A stretch of DNA of 64,000 bases, taken from the sequence record OQ417966.1; one strand, given 5' to 3'. Positions 10,041 to 19,986 of this stretch are shown here, piece after piece. The translations under genes and the position numbers were made by a program. The notes under the pieces were generated by a model. The model had not been told where the DNA came from. It saw nothing but the letters and a program-made list of their open reading frames with translations, and did not search any database. The number at the start of each line of letters is the position of its first letter. The first letter of the stretch is position 1. This DNA comes from Mycobacterium phage prophiT36-1.

Positions 10041-11379
10041 CGCAGCCGAGGTGCAGTTTCCCGGTGTGACCCGATGCCTTCCATCTGTGGAGCAGCAGTT
10101 CGGGGATGGGTTTCCTGTGCTTGTTGATGCCGATGGTTTGCCGGTGGAGGAATCGTTGGCGTTTCTAGTATCGCGGGTAGGGGCATCGACCTCAACATTG
10201 GCGCAGTACGCACGCGCTTTGATGGGGTTTGTCGAATTCCTGGGCTACCGGGGGGACGCCCGGCTTTTAGATGCGGCGCCCCGTGACTTGACGGCGTACC
10301 GGTTGTACCGAACGAGGACGGGGGAATCTCCTGTCTCGGAATACTCGTTCCGGGTGGAAGCCTCGGCACTGCGACAGTTCTATGCGTGGGCAGTTGAGAC
10401 TGGCCTCCTGGAGCGCTCTCCTGTCAAGCAGTTGTCACGCAATGGCTGGGACAACCTTTCTACCAACAGAATGCGTCATTCTAAGATTCGTCATGTAGAT
10501 AAGTTTCTGTACGAAGCACTGCTGCGAGCGGCTGCTCAGGGCAGCGTGGATGCGGGCGTTCGGAGTGCTTCGCTACGGAATGTGGCTGCAATCAAGACAT
10601 TTGCAACGACTGGGCTTCGCCTTGGTGAGCTTGCGAGCCTTCTGACCTTCGATATTGATCATGCTGTCAGATTGCGCCGGGCGCTATCTGTGGAGATGGA
10701 GTCGATCACAAAGTACCGAGTCAACCGCAATGCGTTGATTCCGTTCTATGCCACAGACGCGATCCGGCGGTATCGAAAACTTGAGCGCCCTAACGTGGTG
10801 GTTCGGCATCAGCGCGCGTTGGGCAAACGTCTGGACAGTCTTTTTGTGATCAGCGATTTCAATGAATCCACTCGCCGTGTCTCCGGCCGGTGGCGAGGTC
10901 GACGGCACCAGTATCTGCTGCATTTGGTGCCTGTTGAGCTGCGGTTGAAGGCTGTTTCAGTTAATTCAAATGGCAGCGTGGAGCCGCTGTGTTTGTTCTT
11001 GAGCGATAGCCGAGGGCAAGGGATGACGAGGTCTGGGTGGGAAGGAGTGTTCTCCGAGGTCAGTGATCAGATGATGCGCCAGGATCCGACGGATGGGCGG
11101 ATCCGGAAGGTCACCCCGCATGATCTGCGGCATACGTTCGCTATCAATTATTTGAGGGCGGCCCATGGGGAACGGGCCAAAGTGCTCCAGGAGACACCGT
11201 TCAAGGATGGGCCGCCGCTGCGTGATCCGTTGATCGATCTTCAAGAGCTGTTGGGACATGCGACCGCAGCACAAACGATGCGTTACTTGAGGTATGTCGA
11301 GGACATCGACCGACTCATTGCGTCGGCTGTTCCCGGCCAGGGTGATGCGGGAGGGGGCGAGCATGCCCCGCAGAAATGA
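9985..11379 (+). CDS. tyrosine recombinase (phage-integrase family), first of trio (RitA-like)
   Basis: 464 aa. C-terminal catalytic signature HDLRHTFA ... LLGHATAAQTMRYLRY (H-x-x-R ... H ... Y). N-terminal SAM-like core-binding region. The GGAGG RBS spacing favours the second ATG at 9991. Confidence 0.85.
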   Translation: MSMSDRAYRVVYGAYAGLDAAEVQFPGVTRCLPSVEQQFGDGFPVLVDADGLPVEESLAFLVSRVGASTSTLAQYARALMGFVEFLGYRGDARLLDAAPRDLTAYRLYRTRTGESPVSEYSFRVEASALRQFYAWAVETGLLERSPVKQLSRNGWDNLSTNRMRHSKIRHVDKFLYEALLRAAAQGSVDAGVRSASLRNVAAIKTFATTGLRLGELASLLTFDIDHAVRLRRALSVEMESITKYRVNRNALIPFYATDAIRRYRKLERPNVVVRHQRALGKRLDSLFVISDFNESTRRVSGRWRGRRHQYLLHLVPVELRLKAVSVNSNGSVEPLCLFLSDSRGQGMTRSGWEGVFSEVSDQMMRQDPTDGRIRKVTPHDLRHTFAINYLRAAHGERAKVLQETPFKDGPPLRDPLIDLQELLGHATAAQTMRYLRYVEDIDRLIASAVPGQGDAGGGEHAPQK

Positions 11380-13267
11380 ACGCAAGGACCTCGACCGTGA
11401 GGGTGTTGACGTTGCGCGAGGCGCCGCCGAATCTCGGCCAGCTGCGGTGGGAGTTCGCAGGCTCGCTCAACCGGGCAGGCCCGGCATGCAGGGGACCGCA
11501 CAGATAGATCCCAGCTCATACCAATGCCGCCGTCTGGCGGCCCAGCTGGCCGACCAGTGGGTTGAGATGGCGGCTGGGCGTTCGCGCTCGGTGATCGCCG
11601 TTCACCGTCAGGCGCTTGATAATTTCCTGAAATATGTTGATAAGTTGCATGATTCAGATGTGAGCCTGGATCATGATCCCGCGGTAGTAATGGCGGTGTT
11701 TGATGCATGGGCCAAGGATCTGATTGCACTGTATGACGAAAATTCGATCATGCCGTACCGGATGTCGAACATCGTCCAGACACAGATGGCTGGTGCTGTT
11801 GTCGATGGGGTGATCACCGACGAGGTGTTGGCAGCATATGCGCGTGGGCCCGCGGTAGTCCCGAAACCGCGAGCACAACCGCTCGACGAGTTCAGTAAAG
11901 ACGAACTCAAGCGCATGGTGCTGGCTGCGCGCGCACATATACGAGCAGCTCGAAAGATCAGGGAATGGGCCACGAAAACTATCCGTGCGTACGAATCTGG
12001 GAAATTGACCCACGCGGATCAACGCTGTCTGGGCCACATGCTGCAGATGGCTACCCGAGGCGAGCGCATCGCCATACAACAGCCGTGGGATGCACATCCG
12101 GAGTCGCTGCGCGATCTCTTCCCCGACGAGGCCTGGTCGCTTTATCAGGCAACAGGCCTGAACGAGACGAAGAATTCAGTTGCCTTGTCCTGCTACCGCG
12201 CGACCCTCGCCCGGCCAATCGACCTGGTTCCTTATCGGGTATTGCTTATGGCAGGCACAGGCGTTGCAGTGGAAGAGATCTCGGCATTGACTGTGTCAGA
12301 TATCGAATGGCTCGAAGATGGCGTCAGAGTGCAGATGACCAAATCGCGAGCCCGGCGGTCAAAAGGACGGTACTTCCCAGGATCCGCTGAGCGCGGTGGC
12401 TGGGATGTTCCCGCGCTTTTGCAGTCGCTGCTGGATTTCACTGAACCGGTCCGCGCGATCGCAGGTGCACAGTTCCAGGACTGCCTGTGGCTATCGTTCA
12501 AGACAAAAAGACAGTCCCACAGTGAATCTGGTTGCGCCCCGGCTCCCGCAGACTTCGGAACCGCCAACTTGGCATCCTGGATCGATTCGGTCAAGACAGT
12601 CCACGACATGGGCGATATTTCCACCCCACATGACATGCGGCGGATACGTAAGACAAAGGTCGCCCAGCGTGCAATTGATCTGCGTGGCGCAATGGCCGAC
12701 ATCGCTGGCGATGACCACACCAGCAGAGTCTTCTTCCAGCATTACGGACAGACAACATCGCTGAAAGTGTATTCAGGATCGGTAATTTCGGGCTTCCAAA
12801 CCTCACTCGCTGAGGCAGTAAAGACAGGCTTCACTGCCTTCCTGGACAGACGTGCTGCGGTACCGGCGTCGATCTTGACCGAGGCGCTGCCCATCGAGCC
12901 CGCTCAGGCACACAGTCTGCGCTCCGGTGCTCACGACATGGGAGTTGTCGACTGCCAGAACCCGTTTAACTCGCCCTTTACCAAACAAGGCAAGTTATGT
13001 GGGTCCGCGCCCTTATCATGTCTGATGTGCGAGAACGCGGTTGTCTTCACCGACCATCTCCCCAACATCGTGGCGCTTATACAAGCAATGGACAACGCGA
13101 AGCGGTCACTGGCACCCGATGACTGGATTGCCACCTGGGGGCGGCAATACGCTGCGGCGCAGGCATTGATGTCATCGGTGCCCGAACGAGCTCGCGCCGC
13201 CGCGGCGCGCAAGGCCGCTGCCGCGGTAACAGATCTGCCGGCCTGGTTGGGGCCGGGTAACCAGTGA
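11363..13267 (+). CDS. tyrosine recombinase-like protein, second of trio (RitB-like; Arg-I position appears substituted)
   Basis: ATG at 11363 is preceded by a GGGAGGGGG RBS and overlaps the first gene's end by 17 nt. The track ORF 11294 start is internal to gene 1. Motifs: PHDMRRIRKT (HxxR) and DDHTSRVFFQHYGQTTSLKVY (H...Y). Confidence 0.65.
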   Translation: MPRRNERKDLDREGVDVARGAAESRPAAVGVRRLAQPGRPGMQGTAQIDPSSYQCRRLAAQLADQWVEMAAGRSRSVIAVHRQALDNFLKYVDKLHDSDVSLDHDPAVVMAVFDAWAKDLIALYDENSIMPYRMSNIVQTQMAGAVVDGVITDEVLAAYARGPAVVPKPRAQPLDEFSKDELKRMVLAARAHIRAARKIREWATKTIRAYESGKLTHADQRCLGHMLQMATRGERIAIQQPWDAHPESLRDLFPDEAWSLYQATGLNETKNSVALSCYRATLARPIDLVPYRVLLMAGTGVAVEEISALTVSDIEWLEDGVRVQMTKSRARRSKGRYFPGSAERGGWDVPALLQSLLDFTEPVRAIAGAQFQDCLWLSFKTKRQSHSESGCAPAPADFGTANLASWIDSVKTVHDMGDISTPHDMRRIRKTKVAQRAIDLRGAMADIAGDDHTSRVFFQHYGQTTSLKVYSGSVISGFQTSLAEAVKTGFTAFLDRRAAVPASILTEALPIEPAQAHSLRSGAHDMGVVDCQNPFNSPFTKQGKLCGSAPLSCLMCENAVVFTDHLPNIVALIQAMDNAKRSLAPDDWIATWGRQYAAAQALMSSVPERARAAAARKAAAAVTDLPAWLGPGNQ

Positions 13268-15750
13268 AGACAGCACAGCTCGGTTCCCCAGGGCCAGTCG
13301 CGGCACCGGTTTCGTCCGACATCTTCGCCGACACCGAAGATGTATTCCTGTCCCGCCCGGACAGGATCGCTGGCGCCCCCGCATGCCTGTTTAGCGAGCA
13401 GGTATGGGATGCGACGGGTGTGCTGCCTCGGCGCGCTAACATCGGCCGCCATCAATTGCGCATAATCTTTCCGCAGCATCCGGCGTGGTCGCTGCGGTCT
13501 CGTGAGATTGCGATGACCTTGCTTAACAGCACCGACCCACGGTTGCTCGCACGATCGGTCTCCTTCGGCAGCCGTACGTTCTCCCTGGCGCATGTGCGAT
13601 CGCGCTGCGAGACATACAAAACCGTGGCGGCGTGGCAGACAGCTCAAGGCTTACCTGACGACATTTCGGCCTGGGGCGCCCGCGACTGGGTAGCGATGGT
13701 CGAAGCCGAAATCGCCAGGGGCGTCAAAAACGGGACCGTGCGCAATCTCATCTGCGCTATCCGCGACCTTGTCTTCCTTGGGCCCATCTTGACTGGCGGC
13801 GGCATCGCATCAGACCCATGGAACGGCAAGGCAACGAAACTCATCGCCAAAGGCGCCGTGGCAGGACGAACTGAAGTAATCGCCCCGGCACGTTGGATAC
13901 CGCTGATAGGTGCGTGCTGGACATACATCGACACCTTCGCCGAAGACATCCTGAGTCTGCGTGTGAGCCATCAGTGTGACCTGCGCCCCGGCATGCCGGA
14001 ATGGAGGCGCCGCTCGGAAGTAAGCGATGACGAGCTGCTCACCGCATACCTGGAGTCCTCCGGTGCCGTTATTCCCGCTAAGACTCGTGACGGTGGCCCG
14101 GACCCGAGCTGGTGGCGCCTATCCAAATTGGTAACCGCCGACCGGTCTTCGGCAATCTTCAAAGAAGACAGGGCAGCGGGGCGCCGCCGCAGAGAGATGG
14201 TGTATCAGGCGCTCGCCAACAACGTGGCCCGTTATGTAGCCCTCACTGCCAGTGAATTCGAAAATCTTTTGGCACAAGGGATTTCCAAGAAACTCGCGGG
14301 CAGCGATGCCGAGACCATAGTACGGATCCAGGGCGCCGACGAGATGCTCGATGCGTGGATTGACGCTGCCAGCAACCGAGTCGCAGTCACGTCCACAGAA
14401 CTATGCAGCTCGCCGGGAAAGATCGCTGAAGACGACATCAATTGGGCATTGATGGAACGGATCGTGTTCCGTTCAGAAGGCGTGACTGGCCTGCTCGGGA
14501 AGGGCTGGGCAACCTCTGTCCGCCGCAGGCGCAAACTACTTAAACTCGCCCGCTCAGGCCGAGTTTTCGCATCCGCCAGTGGTGTCGGTGTGATGGGCGT
14601 ACCGCGCGACTGCACTGGCTTCACCCTAGTCGGCGCACCAGGCAGGCAGATCCCTTGGCGGGAATCAATGTCGGACTATGAGGCGCGGTGCGAACTGCGC
14701 GCCTTGCGGGCATCCTGCTATGTCTTCATCGCCGCGATAACAATGATGCGCGACAGTGAGATTCAAGATATGAAGCGAGGCTGTATACGTACCGATTACG
14801 GCGTCGCTTCTGTGAAATCACACCTTTACAAGGGGCGTTCGGGCAAGACGGTCGCACACTGGTGGATCATCGATGAAGTAGCCACAGCAATCAGAGTGCT
14901 GGAACGACTCAGCTGTCATCCAGAGTATCTGTTCGCACGATTCGTCGACGGAGAACTCGAGAATCCTGAACCCGGTATCAGGTCAGGACTCGAGATTGCG
15001 TTTCTGCTCGATCATTTGGCGGCCACCGGCGCCCGAAGCGGGATCGCACCGGTGCCCGAGGGGCCCGTGATTTCCGCGCGAGCTCTGCGCCGTACCACTG
15101 CATCCATCAGCCGCGAACTGGGAGGCAACGAGCTTGCGGTAAGTCATCAACTCAAACACGCCATCAACTACGGCTACTCGAACGTTACCAGCGCCTATAT
15201 GGCACCAGACCCGGCATGGGCAGACCTGCTCAACACCAACAGGTCCGAGGACAACCTTGAGCACATGGTGACCGTCGTGCAGCAGTCCGCGCGCACCAGC
15301 GCCTCCTTGGCCGGTCGCGGCGGTGAGCGGCTGACCCAACAGATTGCCCAAGCGGTCGAACAGAGCGCAGGCCCTGGATACCCCGGTTCGGTGCTCTCCG
15401 ATGAGGAGCTAGCCATCCTGCTGAGAAAAATCGCGCCGCAGATCCGTTTCGGACCTGCCAACGCGTGTCTGTACGACGAAGAGAACGCGCTATGTCGGCG
15501 CGATGCCACCACCGAAATCCAGGGGCCGCTTCTGGGACTGTGTCAACCGTCGCGCTGCGCAAACTCGGTGATCGGTACCGAACACATGCCTGTGTGGGTC
15601 ACCGAGTTGCAGACATTGCAGAAGACCATCGCCAGCCCCCGCGTGAGTCCGCCTCGACGACAGGCACTTTCAGAACGAATCACCGACGTACAGCACGTAC
15701 TGAGCCAGCTCCAAACACGACCGCAAGCGGGCGACCATGGGCAGCCGTGA
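13264..15750 (+). CDS. large tyrosine recombinase-like protein, third of trio (RitC-like, 828 aa)
   Basis: GTGA/ATGA overlap with gene 2. Box I-like MMRDSEIQDM, then ALRR and SHQLKHAINYGYSNVTSAYM (R...H...Y). Unusually long N-terminal region. Confidence 0.6.
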   Translation: MKTAQLGSPGPVAAPVSSDIFADTEDVFLSRPDRIAGAPACLFSEQVWDATGVLPRRANIGRHQLRIIFPQHPAWSLRSREIAMTLLNSTDPRLLARSVSFGSRTFSLAHVRSRCETYKTVAAWQTAQGLPDDISAWGARDWVAMVEAEIARGVKNGTVRNLICAIRDLVFLGPILTGGGIASDPWNGKATKLIAKGAVAGRTEVIAPARWIPLIGACWTYIDTFAEDILSLRVSHQCDLRPGMPEWRRRSEVSDDELLTAYLESSGAVIPAKTRDGGPDPSWWRLSKLVTADRSSAIFKEDRAAGRRRREMVYQALANNVARYVALTASEFENLLAQGISKKLAGSDAETIVRIQGADEMLDAWIDAASNRVAVTSTELCSSPGKIAEDDINWALMERIVFRSEGVTGLLGKGWATSVRRRRKLLKLARSGRVFASASGVGVMGVPRDCTGFTLVGAPGRQIPWRESMSDYEARCELRALRASCYVFIAAITMMRDSEIQDMKRGCIRTDYGVASVKSHLYKGRSGKTVAHWWIIDEVATAIRVLERLSCHPEYLFARFVDGELENPEPGIRSGLEIAFLLDHLAATGARSGIAPVPEGPVISARALRRTTASISRELGGNELAVSHQLKHAINYGYSNVTSAYMAPDPAWADLLNTNRSEDNLEHMVTVVQQSARTSASLAGRGGERLTQQIAQAVEQSAGPGYPGSVLSDEELAILLRKIAPQIRFGPANACLYDEENALCRRDATTEIQGPLLGLCQPSRCANSVIGTEHMPVWVTELQTLQKTIASPRVSPPRRQALSERITDVQHVLSQLQTRPQAGDHGQP

Positions 15751-16135
15751 GGAAATCCGTGCCGCGATGGAACGCCTCCTAAACGGCGACGCCCAGCACA
15801 CCGACGGACGCCTAACCAAAACCAACCTTGCGGTAGAAGCCGGCGTGGGTCGGGCGACCCTCTACCGCCAGCACGACCTGATGGCCGAATGGGCGCGCCG
15901 CGTCACCGAATCAGACATCGCCCCACCCGCCGCGTCTGCCGCGGCCACGATCGCACACCTGACCCGACAGCTGGCCGACGAACGCTCCCGCCGCCGCGAA
16001 TCCGACCGCATCGCCAACGGCCTGGCCTTCGTGGTAGCCGAGCTCTACCGCGCGCTAGAGGCTCGGACTCCCCCAAATTCTTCACGCGGCACGATCATCC
16101 CGATAAACGCCAAAACGCGAAGGCGCGCAGACTAG
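15737..16135 (+). CDS. small HTH DNA-binding protein (TetR/IS3-OrfA-like helix-turn-helix)
   Basis: ATG overlaps the end of gene 3 by 14 nt. TNLAVEAGVGRATLYRQH is a classic HTH. Arg/Glu-rich helical C-terminus. Confidence 0.5.
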   Translation: MGSREEIRAAMERLLNGDAQHTDGRLTKTNLAVEAGVGRATLYRQHDLMAEWARRVTESDIAPPAASAAATIAHLTRQLADERSRRRESDRIANGLAFVVAELYRALEARTPPNSSRGTIIPINAKTRRRAD

Positions 16136-16196
16136 CCTGAGCCCATTTCACATACGAGCGAATGAGTTCATTGCTGATCGAAGCAGTACGGGATTC

Positions 16197-19100
16197 GTGC
16201 GTGGGAGCGGTGCCCGCCATGAATGGACAGCGCCGGCATCTGATCGGGACCGTTCGAGCGCGACTTACGTGGGGAGAGGTTACGTGGCCGACAGCCAGGC
16301 ACTTCGGAAAGTTCGGTATGCAGACAAGTTCCGGGGCTATCAGGGCCAGGCTATTGCTATGGCCCGGAAGTATCGGCGCAGCTTCCACGACGAGGACGGC
16401 GCGCAGGGGCTTGATGCCGCATTGGTTTACCACCCCACGGGTACGGGCAAGACAGCCGTCATTGCCGGTCTAACGCACGCGGCACACGAAATCGGCAATG
16501 TCCTGGTGCTGACCACACGCGAAGTCATACGTGATCAACTGGTGCGCGAGCTCAGCGGTGGCCTCTTCATTGACGAGAACAAGTTCGCGCTGCCCATGCG
16601 CCACAAACTTTCTAAGGTCTGCTTCGCGGTGGCCGAGTCCCGCCAATTACTCGGCACAGCATTAGCGTTGCATGCGGCGACGCGAAAACGCATCCCCGAC
16701 CAGGTGGTCCGGGAGTTCAGTCAGCGGCAGTTCGAGCGGCTTGCACCCGAGCCCGACATCGACATCGTGAGCCACTTGCATGAACAGAACTCTGTTCTCA
16801 TTCTCACCGTCCAAATGCTGGCCCGCTTGCACCGAGGCCGCACCGGGCAGTCACCGATATACGACGTCTTGCGTCAACACGTAGACCTGGTCGTCTTCGA
16901 CGAAGGACACTACGAACCTGCACCGCGCTACAGCGAGGCAGTGCGGGATCTAGGGCGCCCTACTGTGCTGTTGACCGCTACCCCTTTCCGTAACGACCTG
17001 AAAGCTTTTCGCATCACACCCGAGCATGTCGACATTTATCGATTCACCCAGGCGGTGCAGCAGCAGCACATCAGAGAAGTCCAGATCGTGCAGCGCACAC
17101 CGACACGTGACCCGGACAAGTTCTGCGCCGATGTTCTCGATTTCTGCACATCGGTGTGGGGACCCGATCCAGGGCAGTGGACCCGCCGGATCATTATTCG
17201 CTGCGACGATGTCGAGTGCGTAACACGCCTTGGCGAAGCATTCATAGCCCATGGCTTCAAGGACCGAGTCATCGGCATCCATGACCGCTACACCAACCCT
17301 GGGCAAGGCGACGGGCAGCCATGGCAATACCGCACAGTCCCAGCGCCGTCGGAAACCCAAGCACTAGTATGGATTCACCAGCATAAACTGCTAGAGGGCG
17401 TCGATGATCATCGCTTCCAGATTCTGGCTTTCTTCAACCCACCGACCAATGTGCGCGCCATTGTCCAACAAATCGGCCGAGTCGTAAGGACCAAGCCTGG
17501 TGGCCAAGACGCAGGCAACGCATACGTTTTGGACTATTTCGCCGGGCGCATCGCTAGATACTGGAGTCTATATCGCGGGTATGACGCTGCAGCCACGCCC
17601 GAGGCAGTCACTATGACCGCATCACGGTTCTACCTCACGAGATTCACCGCTGCACTGCCGCAGTTCGATTACATCGACCAAAAGTTTCGCCAGCGGCTCG
17701 ATCTGTTCGACCACGACCAGCAAGCCCAGCTCACTGACACCATCGCCGACGAGATCTTCTTCAAGCGCACTGTGGCACTTAGACAGATACCAAACACCCT
17801 GACGATCCAGGACGTTGTCCCGCTTCTCGAGATCGCCCTTAAGGAAGGCGATTACGAGTACCAGCGATTCGATGTGTCGAAGATATGCCCCAATACCGCT
17901 CTATTCCTGTGTTCCCGGGTGAACAATGTCGACTTTCTCAACACTTACTTCTTCCCCGAGCCGCACCTAGAAGCCCGGCTCGTGATGCTCTTCCCAGAAC
18001 ACGCACTGCTGGCCTCGACAAGTACAGCAGGCGCATCGGTCAAAGATGGACTAGGGATTCTTGCGCGGTACGATCCGACCCGACTTGAGCGACTCCTATT
18101 GCCGGGCAACGATAACCGGGGACGCATCACCAGCGTTTCCTCTAAGAACATGAACCTCAGTAGCCGGGCAGTGCGCGGTCGGGTCGTCTACGCAGCATCC
18201 ATGGCTGACATCCCGGCAGCCCTCGATGAGCACGGCCATGTCGTCTCCACGGTCACCGGCTACAACGGCTCGGCTCCACAGGTCATAGACCACCTCGAAT
18301 ACCAAGTAAGTGTGTTGGCCGATGAACTTGCCAGATCAGGGGCGACCACCGAAGGGCCTGGCACTGGTGCAACCCTTGTGCGCCGTTACGTGGGCATCGC
18401 AAGCGGTCACGTGACTGAGTACCTTCCACCACTGCGCATCAAGGCATTCCGTACTTGGGTGCAATCACTGGCGAACCAGATGGATGACCCCGCACGCTAT
18501 GACCGAGTCTTTAGTCGCTACGCCGAGCTCGCGGTAGGCGAGACGGTCTCGGGCGCAGCCCAGAACCTGCTATTGGACTTCACCGAGCTCACCGAGCTCT
18601 ACCGGCACCGCCTCACCGGCCAATGCGTTATCAGCGATGATGTGTGCGCCGACAGATTAGGCGATCCATACGGTACACCCGAACAGCCTGCGGCACAGTT
18701 CATCATGACGATAAATGACACCCCATACACAATAGCCGCCACCTTCAACACCTCGTCCAAGCGGTACCGCATCGAGTGCCCGGCGCTCGACTATGACTTC
18801 ATCCCGATCGATGACCGCGACGGCTCGTTGATACGTGCGATAAACCAGATGCAGGCTTTCACGGTGGTCCCAGAGGACCGAGATCGCATCTACGCGCACG
18901 GGAGCTTCTATGCGCCGTCCCTGAAGTTCGGGCCAGACCGATTTAACCCCAACGGTTTCCCTATCGGACACCTGCTTTACCCCTCGCAACAGTTCAAGTC
19001 TAAAGAGACAGAAAAAGGGGATAAAGTCATTGGCGGCAACCGTTACCAGACACACAGCCTGTTCGGCCTGATCGACAGCTGGAAGTCAGGTTTCGATACC

Positions 19101-19682
19101 GCAGAACTCGATCTCGACCCTCACTGGGTGCGGCGCAGTGGCTATGTCCCTGAATCGCTCTCGTTTTCACCCACTGCGCTCATCGTGGACGACATGGGTT
19201 GCGAATGCGCCGATTTTATTATTGCCGACACGCTCGGGCGGCGGGTTGTGCTGATTCATGGCAAGGCATCCGAGACGTGGCGCCCGTATTCGGCCTCAGC
19301 TCTGCAGGAGATCTGTGCGCAGGCTCAAAAGAACACAGCGCTGTTCTCCTCGCGTGAGCCCCGCATGCCGCCAAACATCACCTTGTGGGACAAGGCACAC
19401 AACTTCAACAACCTGTCGGTAGCTAAACGAATCCGGAAGCCGAACAGAGATACGGCGGAGAGGATTTGGCACGACCAACTGGCGCCGCTGTTAGCCAACC
19501 CACTCACTTCGCGCGAGATCTGGCTGGTGCTTGGCAACATGCTGTCGGCCTCAGAGATCATCGCGCAACTAAAGACTGACCGGCCTGCCGCCGAAGTCCT
19601 ACAGCTAACGCAACTACTGCACACCACAATGGAAGCCGCACGCGGCGTAGCAGCAAATCTGCGAATCTTCTGTTCGCCATAG
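16197..19682 (+). CDS. SF2 (DEAH/ResIII-like) helicase fused to a roughly 700-aa uncharacterised C-terminal region
   Basis: Motif I HPTGTGKT, motif II VVFDEGHY, motif III LLTATPFRN, motif VI QQIGRVVRT. The C-terminal 700 aa have no obvious motif except a possible nuclease-like segment ALIVDDMGCECADFIIAD..VVLIHGK. GTG start at 16197. An alternative ATG at 16359 is in frame. Confidence 0.75.
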   Translation: MRGSGARHEWTAPASDRDRSSATYVGRGYVADSQALRKVRYADKFRGYQGQAIAMARKYRRSFHDEDGAQGLDAALVYHPTGTGKTAVIAGLTHAAHEIGNVLVLTTREVIRDQLVRELSGGLFIDENKFALPMRHKLSKVCFAVAESRQLLGTALALHAATRKRIPDQVVREFSQRQFERLAPEPDIDIVSHLHEQNSVLILTVQMLARLHRGRTGQSPIYDVLRQHVDLVVFDEGHYEPAPRYSEAVRDLGRPTVLLTATPFRNDLKAFRITPEHVDIYRFTQAVQQQHIREVQIVQRTPTRDPDKFCADVLDFCTSVWGPDPGQWTRRIIIRCDDVECVTRLGEAFIAHGFKDRVIGIHDRYTNPGQGDGQPWQYRTVPAPSETQALVWIHQHKLLEGVDDHRFQILAFFNPPTNVRAIVQQIGRVVRTKPGGQDAGNAYVLDYFAGRIARYWSLYRGYDAAATPEAVTMTASRFYLTRFTAALPQFDYIDQKFRQRLDLFDHDQQAQLTDTIADEIFFKRTVALRQIPNTLTIQDVVPLLEIALKEGDYEYQRFDVSKICPNTALFLCSRVNNVDFLNTYFFPEPHLEARLVMLFPEHALLASTSTAGASVKDGLGILARYDPTRLERLLLPGNDNRGRITSVSSKNMNLSSRAVRGRVVYAASMADIPAALDEHGHVVSTVTGYNGSAPQVIDHLEYQVSVLADELARSGATTEGPGTGATLVRRYVGIASGHVTEYLPPLRIKAFRTWVQSLANQMDDPARYDRVFSRYAELAVGETVSGAAQNLLLDFTELTELYRHRLTGQCVISDDVCADRLGDPYGTPEQPAAQFIMTINDTPYTIAATFNTSSKRYRIECPALDYDFIPIDDRDGSLIRAINQMQAFTVVPEDRDRIYAHGSFYAPSLKFGPDRFNPNGFPIGHLLYPSQQFKSKETEKGDKVIGGNRYQTHSLFGLIDSWKSGFDTAELDLDPHWVRRSGYVPESLSFSPTALIVDDMGCECADFIIADTLGRRVVLIHGKASETWRPYSASALQEICAQAQKNTALFSSREPRMPPNITLWDKAHNFNNLSVAKRIRKPNRDTAERIWHDQLAPLLANPLTSREIWLVLGNMLSASEIIAQLKTDRPAAEVLQLTQLLHTTMEAARGVAANLRIFCSP

Positions 19683-19718
19683 TTGTTGCTACAGAGTATA
19701 AATCAAGATCTGCCGGAC

Positions 19719-19976
19719 TCAGTGGTCGGCGAAGAAGTCGCCCGCTGAAGCATCCAACGCCTCCGCAATGTCGACGAGGCGTTCATACAGAAGTCCCCGG
19801 CGGCCGTGCTCGACGTCAATGAGTACGTTGCGAGTCACACCCGACGCCAACGCGAGCGCCTCTTGAGTCAGGCCCCGCGCAAGACGCAACGCGCGGATGC
19901 GGGCGCCGACCGCCTGCCGAGTATGTTCCCAGGCAATCACACGCTCGGGATCGTTCTGCTGAGGGCGGGTAGGCAT
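19719..19976 (-). CDS. XRE-family (Cro/CI-type) HTH transcriptional regulator
   Basis: 85 aa. LRLARGLTQEALALASGVTRNVLIDVEHGRR is a canonical XRE HTH. Divergent from the downstream plus-strand genes. Confidence 0.75.
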   Translation of the reverse strand: MPTRPQQNDPERVIAWEHTRQAVGARIRALRLARGLTQEALALASGVTRNVLIDVEHGRRGLLYERLVDIAEALDASAGDFFADH

Positions 19977-19986
19977 TAACCCAGTT

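Noticed and set aside
11294-11379. Track start (11294) for the second recombinase gene
   Set aside because: That ATG lies well inside the first recombinase. The ATG at 11363 has a strong G-rich RBS and gives the short overlap typical of recombinase trios.
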